A DNA stretch of 64,000 nt from assembly GCF_006345805.1 (NCBI RefSeq), contig NC_043011.1, positions 38,390,464 to 38,454,463 on the forward strand, written 5' to 3'. Position 1 is the first letter of the stretch; every line of letters begins with the position of its first letter. The notes beneath the pieces were generated by a model. It was not told where the DNA came from and made no database searches. It was given only the letters and a program-made list of their open reading frames with translations. This DNA is from Octopus sinensis (taxonomy: Eukaryota). This document shows, piece by piece, positions 56,315 through 64,000 of the stretch. The position numbers and the translations under genes were made by a program.

Positions 56315-56925
56315 AAAAGTGACACAGAGAGACAGAGAGAGAATGAAAAGTAAGCGTTCGAGAGAAAAAGAGTAACAGATTATCTATATTAATTTTGTGC
56401 TGCCTTCATTTACGCTGGTGCTTCAATGTCAGTATTTTTTCTTTGTCTCTTATAGTATTATTCCTTTGTCATCATTCTTTTGTTTTAAAAACTTATTCGA
56501 AAATAACTGTTACAGAAATGAAAAGATATGTTTATTCATTTTTGCTGATATCACAAAACATTGCATGACAATGTATAAGTTAGTTTCAGATCATTTTTAT
56601 ATGTAGTTGTATGTTTTACGTACATTTGCGTTGTATTAACTTATCTGGAACAGATTTTCAATACATTGAACATGTATAACGGTGTATCAAGAATTTTTAT
56701 TATAAGAATGACCTTTTTTTCTGTAGGACACATTGAAAGGAAATTAGGTAGGTACGACGAAAATCCTCTATAATTTTACTTCGACCAACAGGAAATAACA
56801 AGGATTTTTTTTCTCCTTTTTCAAAATCACACATTAGGCTGTTGCCAATGGAAAGACACATTGGGTAGTGTAGTATTAGATACGCTGTGTCCACAAATAC
56901 GACTAGTATGTCATAGTTGGAAGAT

Positions 56926-57310
56926 GAATGGAAGCACTCCGTCGATTACGACGACGAGGGTTCCGGTTGATCCGATCAACGGAACAGCCTGCTCGTGAAA
57001 TTAACGTGTAAGTAGCTGAGCACTCCACAGGCACATGTACCCTTAACGTAGTTCTCGGGGATATTCAGCGTGACACAGAGAGTGACAAGACCGGCCCTTT
57101 GAAATACAGGTACAACAGAAACAGGAAATAAGAGTGAGAGAAAGTTGTGGTAAAAGAGTACAGCAGGGATCACCACCATCCCTGCCGGAGCCTCGTGGAG
57201 CTTTAGGTGTTTTCGCTCAATAAACACTCACAACGCTCGGTCTGAGAATCGAAACCGCGATCCTACAACCGCGAGTCCGCTGCCCTAACCACTGGGCCAT
57301 TGCGCCTCCG
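56926..57310 (-). mobile_element. SINE family B, full length, with a 10-bp TSD
   Basis: TSD gttggaagat at 56916-56925 and 57311-57320. Confidence 0.92.
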
Positions 57311-57321
57311 GTTGGAAGATA

Positions 57322-57520
57322 TCTATTATATAAAATCCGTTATGTCTGTCTGTCTGTGTCTTCTAGGATCTCGCGTATCCTCCATCGGATTGCGCTCAAA
57401 TTTGATATGTACGTACCAACGGTATCAGGGCGTGTATAAGTCTTGAAAAAATTACAAAAATCGATTCCCGGTGAGAATGTAATCGATAAAGCCGTGGGAA
57501 CGTGCATTTTTAAAAATCGT
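57322..57520 (+). mobile_element. Possible 5' end of a non-autonomous Helitron
   Basis: A|TCtattatataaaa followed by (ctgt)n, a common start for Helitron-N elements; no 3' CTRR/hairpin identified. Confidence 0.35.
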
Positions 57521-57947
57521 TTTTCATCGAATGGAAAAAAGTCTATCTTTCTTTCTTCTTTTGCTGGTGTCTCAAATTTATGTTAAATCAGTGTTTCTCA
57601 AAGGGAAGCCAATGGAACGGTCGGACAAGTTGTTTCGAAAAAATTTGGTTAAATGTTTGACAACTCAGCACCTTCCGCCGAACAGGGGGCGTTTTGCTCG
57701 TAACATATATATATATATATATATATATAAAGCAATAATAATTCTCTAAATGAGATATAGACAGTAACTGCTCCATAACATAAGGGACTAAAGCCATCTG
57801 AATATGGCTAGGGACAGGGCAGGGTGGTGGGGGTGTTACTGTTGCATTTAGCCCCAGGCGAACATCAACGTCGCCAGATAGGCTTGGCACCATCACGGCG
57901 TCCTCTATCCTGCAAAGGGAGATAATTCCCCGATGAAGCGGAAACCA

Positions 57948-57991
57948 CACACGGACCTAGGTTTCAAGGTGTTTGCCTATTATCAACGTAT
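57948..57991 (-). ncRNA. Type I hammerhead, U3-A8 core (inverted copy)
   Basis: Minus strand atacg-TTGATAA-t-agg(caaaca)cct-t-GAA-acctaggt-C-cgtgtg. Confidence 0.72.
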
Positions 57992-58264
57992 AGAGGACGC
58001 CGTTATGGTGTCAAGCCTATCTGGCGACGTTGATGTTCGCCTGGGGCTAAATGCAACAGTAACACCCCCACCACCCTGCCCTGTCCTAGCCATATTCAGA
58101 TGGCTTTAGTCCCTTATGTTATGGAGCAGTTACTGCTGTTTATATCTCATTAGAGAATATTATTGCTGTCGAAAGATTTTCGAAATCAGCAAATGTATTT
58201 TGCTTGAAAATCTATATATAAATATCCTGCAGAGTGGGTGTTCGTCGAGGAAGCGGTTGCCTAC

Positions 58265-58309
58265 CATACGTTGATAATAGGCAAACACCTTGAAACCTAG
58301 GTCCGTGTG
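58265..58309 (+). ncRNA. Type I hammerhead, U3-A8 core
   Basis: catacg-TTGATAA-t-agg(caaaca)cct-t-GAA-acctaggt-C-cgtgtg; palindromic stem III ACCTAGGT; GUC site after 58303. Confidence 0.75.
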
Positions 58310-58619
58310 TGGTTCCGCTTCATCGGGGAATTATCTCCCTTGCAGATAGAGGACGCGCGATGTGTGTCAAGCCTATCTGGCGACGTTGATGTTCGCCTGG
58401 GGCTAAATGCAACAGTAACACCCCCACCACCCTGCCCTGTCCCTAGCCATATTCAGATGGCTTTAGTCCCTTATGTATGGAGCAGTTACTGTTTATATCT
58501 CATTTAGAGAATTATTATTGCTGTCGAACAGATTTTCGAAATCAGCAAATGTATTTTGCTTGAAAATCTATATATAAATATCCTGCAGAGTGAGTTGTTC
58601 GTCGAGGAAGCGGGGCCAC

Positions 58620-58664
58620 CACACGTTGATGATAGGCAAACACCTTGAAACCTAGGTCCGTGTG
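58620..58664 (+). ncRNA. Type I hammerhead, U3-G8 core
   Basis: cacacg-TTGATGA-t-agg(caaaca)cct-t-GAA-acctaggt-C-cgtgtg; stem I is a perfect 6 bp. Confidence 0.72.
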
Positions 58665-58869
58665 TGGTTTCCGCTTCATCGGGGAATATCTCCCGTTGCA
58701 GGATAAGGACGCCGTGATGGTGTCAAGCCTATCTGGCGACGTTGATGTTCACCTGGGGCTAAATGCAACAGTAACACCCCCACCACCCTGCCCTGTCCCT
58801 AGCCATATTCAGATGGCTTTAGTCCCTTATGATATATATATATAGATATATATGTGTGTGTGTGTGTTG

Positions 58870-59171
58870 TGTGGAGGCGCAATGGCCCAGTGGTTAGGGC
58901 AGCGGACTTGCGGTCGTAGGATCGCGGTTTCGATTCCCAGACCGGGCGTTGTCAGTGTTTATTGAGCGAAAACACCTAAAGCTCCACGATGCTCCACGAT
59001 GCTCAGGGGCTCGGATCCCTGCTGTACTCTTTCGCCACAACTTTCTCTCACTCTTTCTTCTGTTGGCCTGCTCGCTTAGCCAGCGGGGTGGCGTCATTTG
59101 AAGGCTAAAACAATGGGAGGTGCATTGTGACCAGCGATGTGTAGCAACATCTGATAGCCTGGTCGGTCACG

Positions 59172-59175
<4 letters not shown>
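58870..59175 (+). mobile_element. SINE with the family B head and a different 3' tail
   Basis: Matches 53147 up to ..tctcactcttt, then continues with unrelated ggcctgctcgcttagccagcgggg..ggtcacggtgat. Confidence 0.75.
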
Positions 59176-59211
<36 letters not shown>

Positions 59212-60028
59212 ACCATCGGATGCAGTTATACGTAGCTGATTAGAATGTACTTTGCGTCGTTTTAGCTTTCGAATGATGTTTGGCGAGCACCCCCATCATT
59301 TACCCTGATTGGAAGGCTATTGCCTCGCGGGGTCAGCCATTTACAGCTGAGTGGACTGGAGCAAATTTTAAGGAATAGTTTTTCACACGAACACAACGGG
59401 CTGCGCGAACCGGAAATCGAACCCACGATCTCACGATCGTGAGTGCAGCATTCTCACCAATAGGTCACGTGCCTTCACATATGTATGCATATTAATGTTC
59501 AGTTTTATTTCAAGATTTCTTGCCAATAGAGAGAGGGCCGGTTTCTAATCAAGATTCAAGTCTCCTTCATTGGAATTTCAGCAACACCAAAAGGGTATTT
59601 TGTTTGTGCGTATGTACGTATGTATGTATGTATGTATGTATGTATGTATGTATGTATGTATGCATGTATGTATGTATGTATGCATGCATGCATGTATGTA
59701 TGTATGCATGTATGTATGTATGTATGTATGCATGCATGCATGTATGCATGTATGTATGTATGTATGTATGTATGTATGTATGTATGTATGTATGTATGTA
59801 TGCTTTGCTTTATGTATTCTCATGCATATAGTTACATATCTAGACATGCTCATATATATTTAAATGATATACTTCTGGAAAGTTTTACAGAACTTTACAG
59901 TTCCAGTGATGGATTGGATCTGTAGTCTTCGAAGTAGCTTTCTCCTTTCTGCTTTTGAGAAGCCTAATTTCTCAACAAGATTTTTTTTAGTCAGTGTGTT
60001 ATATATCCCAGGTATGTGTATATGTACG

Positions 60029-60062
<34 letters not shown>

Positions 60063-60731
60063 GGTAGGTAGGTATTTGTATGTCATCGGAGATGGCGTAC
60101 GACTCAGAAAGGGAAAACAACATGAAATATATCTGGTAGTATTATTGTCATTTATGCAGTGTAAGAGCACGGTAATCTCCCTTGACATACACAACACTTC
60201 GGCCTTACAATCAATGATCGCTATGTTGACCTCAAAAAGTAATACCAATCACCGTTATTTACAAATAACAAATACTAACTAAGTGGCAAACTAGAACTTC
60301 GTTAGGATTTGAACTTTGTGCAGACAAAGAAGTAACTAAATACGTGTTGATATGTGAGGCCTACAGATAATACCATTCGCAGCCCTTTAAATATAATAAT
60401 TACTAGCTACCAATTCTTTTCACGAAGGGAAGCTTCCATAAAATATCCAATAAGAATAAAAGGCGTCTTTTTATTTTCTTCTGTTGTTAACTATAAATCA
60501 CAGACTCAAGAGAGCAAAAGGAGCTTAATGACATGTCTTAGGGCCATAGCCACTTTTCTTAATTTAAAATTTATGTTCATTTTCTAAAAGATACTGCTAA
60601 GGGTAAACTGACTGTACGAAAACTGGTCGACGAGGGATCGTCTTAGTGGTCGCACAATAAACTAAAAGCTGTAGTATAAGATGCCTTTCGTACGTCATGT
60701 ACTGTGGGGCCAAGTGGTTTACTGGTTAAGC

Positions 60732-61050
60732 GCGTGGTTTAGTGATACGTTAGGTTTAGGGTCTCCAGATCGTGTGTTCGACTCCCGGCGCCGTATTTGT
60801 GCCTTTGAGTAAGCTACTTTATTTCGAGTTTCTTCAGTCAACCCAGCTAGCAAAAATGAATAATACCAGTGTTTCAAAGAGCCAACCTTGTCACATTATA
60901 CATCGTTCTGAATCTCCCTGAGAATTACGTCAAGTGTGCGCGTGTCTTTTGAGTGCTTAGTCACGTGCACGTTAATTTTACTTCACTAGAAGGCTGTTCT
61001 ATTGGTCAGCTCTGCTGGAACACACGTCGTCGTAACTGACGGAATACCAC
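60732..61050 (+). mobile_element. SINE family B, old degraded copy
   Basis: gcgcgtggtttagtg..gttcgactccc..tgaatctccctgagaattacg..gtcgtcgtaactgacgga. Confidence 0.75.
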
Positions 61051-61411
61051 AAGAAAAACTGCCACGCACAATATGAGAAAATAAAGAACAAACGTATATC
61101 GCATGATAATCCTAATGTATCGAAAACATTGGCAGAAACGCTACGGCTGTAATGCCTTTGGTAGTTCGATCATTAGTTTGAATGATCAGAGATAGCCTTG
61201 TGCTAAATGTGACCAACAATAACAAAAACGTTTTCGAAAATACTCAGACAGTAAGGGTCATGTACCCCAATATATACACCCAAATATGAGCGCGCGCCCA
61301 TGCGCACACACTCAATCACACTCACAAACTCACATACATAAACGCATGCTCACACGCACTCGTATACATTAATCTACATTTATACACACACAAACGCACA
61401 AAACATATATA

Positions 61412-62905
61412 GATTACATGGAAACATGCGAGCAAGAGAAATAATATTCTTAGGATTATAAACTTGGAAAATTACAAGACAAGATATTACACTTGGAAAA
61501 GTTCAGGACAACTTATTACAACTGGTAAAATACTGAAAAACAAAATTTTTATTTAAAATGTTGCAGCTAAGGATAAAATTTCAAATAAAATATTTAGATT
61601 TAGAAAATATGGCTTTTATTAAAACTAATAATTTTATTACAAGTTATTACTTCTATTTGTCATTGTTACTTCTATTTTTAAAAAAATGACTCAAAATATT
61701 TTTTGCACTTAAAAAATTTCATTATTTTAATTATTGATTAATAATCAGAAATTTGAAAATGGGTTATAAAAAATAATAGTAGTACGTAATTAGTTAGTAC
61801 AATAAATAGAATAATACAAAAATTAATTACATATTAGAGTAAAATGTACCCATATCACCCAATTCACATTAAAATTTGCTTGAGTTTGCCAAGTCTTCAC
61901 ATATTTATTCTTGACCCAATGCCTATTTTTTACATAAGGAATTTGCCTGCCATATAAAATGTTCTACTTTGCATAAAACTTTAGCTATATTAACCAAATT
62001 AAAACCGTTTTTAATTATAATGTTACGTTGTAAATTGAAATCAAATAATATTTAATATTCAAATTTCATCCTTAGCTGCAATATTTTAAGTAAATATTTT
62101 CTTGTTCTGTACTTTTCCAGATGAACTTTTCCAACATGTCCTGTAGTTTTCCCGGTTTATAATGTTAAGAATATTATTTCTCTTGCTCGCATTTTACCAT
62201 GTAATCCATGATTTTTTTCCCCGACTATGCTATTATGCTAATAAATAATGTGTTAAATGTGTCCATTAGCGGTGTCGTTGATAATTTTTTCCTTACCTCA
62301 ATGACGCCGGTGACATATATAAATGTCCCCTCATAGAACTATATTCATAAAAAAGTATAGAACTATATCATCAAATTTGAGAAACACATAACTTTTTTTG
62401 TTTTAAAACTTCATTACATGAGATAGATACCATAAAATTATCTCGAAATGGACTGTCATTTAAGCTTAATTATACTGTAGATTGTTTTTAAAATAAAAGA
62501 AAGGGTTAATTATACTTGAATCCAGTTTTTTGCCTCACCCATATTTTCATTCATGATATTTTACCACACAACCTTTCTAATACAAATTTTTGTTGCATGG
62601 GACCGAAACTATAAAATTCTTCATGCTTTCTTTTATCATTGAAGCTAAGATAAATGTATTTCTAAACTCCATTAGAGGCATTACGTACTCTCCTATAATG
62701 TTGTTACAAATTTTGATGTAAGCTTTGTTCTAGTGGATCAAACCTCAAATTCTTATGCTAAAATGTAGCTAAGGACCAGCTCTCTTCCAAAATGTTAACA
62801 GTTTTCAATTTGGTTTAGAACTGAATTAAGGACAAGCTCTGAAAGATACTGTGTGTGAGAAAACTGCAGCCTTAAGAATATTATTCAACTATTACTGTAG
62901 CTGAA
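61412..62905. repeat. ~1.5-kb dispersed repeat, copy 2, with long internal inverted repeats (61412-~61600 vs ~62045-62206)
   Basis: Collinear with 869-2420; arm ends gattacatgg..gcgagcaagagaaataatattctta / taagaatattatttctcttgctcgc..ccatgtaatc. Confidence 0.8.
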
Positions 62906-62907
62906 TG

Positions 62908-62938
<31 letters not shown>

Positions 62939-64000
62939 GGGCGTGATAGGTAAATTGGCGCCATTTCATATTTTTTATCTTTCTATATATGTGTGTGTCT
63001 GTGTATGTATATTTTAATGCATGTATGTAAGCATATACCGCTTTATTCGTAATGATTGACTCCTTTCTCCATAATGAATTTCTCAATTTGTGCCTTTGTT
63101 CTGTCACTAAAGACTTTAACCAACATGACGTACAAAAAGCAACCGAAAACTCGGAGTAAAGTATTCAGGCTTATTTTTCTCATTTGTGAACGCATAAGCC
63201 TACCTACTCTTCGTATTTTCTGTAAAATAACTAAAGGGTAGCCTTCATAATGGTCGAGCAATACGGGTAGAATTCAGGACAATTTCTATTTTTTATATCA
63301 AACATGGCAATAATTATGATAAGGTTAGACTTAATGCTCTAACTCTTTAGTTTCTGAAACATATTTAGTTTTGCTTTGCTAATCGATACACTGATATAAA
63401 GATATAAATGAAAATTCCAATAATGATCCGAAATAAATATTTGCATTGGGGAAACGCTATAATTTATCTGCTTTAGATGTGTAATGAATACTACAACAAG
63501 ATCAAACAATGGTGCCCAGACATGGATAATAAAAAACATAATAAATATTTTTGGGAGCCAAAAAAATAAATCTGAAGCAAAGCAACAATGAAAATACATC
63601 CAGTTTTAATATGTAAAGAAACATATACAAAAACTAAAAGCAAAAGTACTATTCTGGCTCAGAGGTTTCGTCAAAGCTGACAATTTCCCTAAGAGATTTC
63701 AGTTCGGCAAAAACCGCAAAAGAATATAAAAACATAAAACATATATTACTCAAATAATATCGTCAGTAACTGGTTGTGCATGTGCGACAGAAACAGGAAC
63801 GGACATATGGTGAACAAACAAACTACTAATATTCTGTATTTATTCGTGTTTAAGTCGCAATGTTTTATACTTGATTTTCAGAGAAAAATAAAACTGTGAT
63901 ATGACTTATTCACGGTGAAAAGCTAAAGCTATGAAAGAAAAAAAAATTTGTAGCAGCATTTAACACTTAATTAGGACTGCAGCGTATACACTAGTGTGAC

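Larger units (their letters stand above)
57731..58831 (+). mobile_element. Hammerhead-containing tandem array (putative non-LTR retrozyme): inverted 261-bp copy plus ~2.4 x 356 bp, in (TA)n
   Basis: gcctatctggcgacg at 58015, 58371 and 58727 (period 356); 57731-57991 is the reverse complement; (TA)n on both flanks; one hammerhead per unit. Confidence 0.88.

Noticed and set aside
49217-58831. CRISPR-like or prokaryotic interpretation of the tandem arrays
   Set aside because: Units are hundreds of bp with no repeat-spacer alternation and no cas genes; the context is eukaryotic.

Overview
AT-rich, microsatellite-dense eukaryotic DNA. The repeat content resembles a coleoid cephalopod (octopus-like) genome; this is inference, not a database match. 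I could not support any host protein-coding exon, and most listed ORFs are translations of simple repeats. The window holds tRNA-derived SINEs and decayed remnants of mariner, hAT, Helitron, R4/Dong, Penelope-like (PLE) and a probable L1/Tx1 element. The main signal is two unrelated near-identical tandem arrays, ~600-bp units at 49217-51795 and ~356-bp units at 57731-58831. Each sits inside a (TA)n tract, has one inverted partial copy at the 5' end of its sense strand, and carries one type I hammerhead ribozyme per unit with a palindromic stem III and a GUC cleavage site. This fits non-LTR retrozymes, i.e. ribozyme-bearing circular RNAs copied into the genome, probably by PLE machinery. In the 356-bp family two of three ribozymes carry a compensatory U3-A8 core instead of C3-G8. 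Four further hammerhead-like motifs and a PLE GIY-YIG remnant occur elsewhere. All structures were assigned by eye and none was computed.
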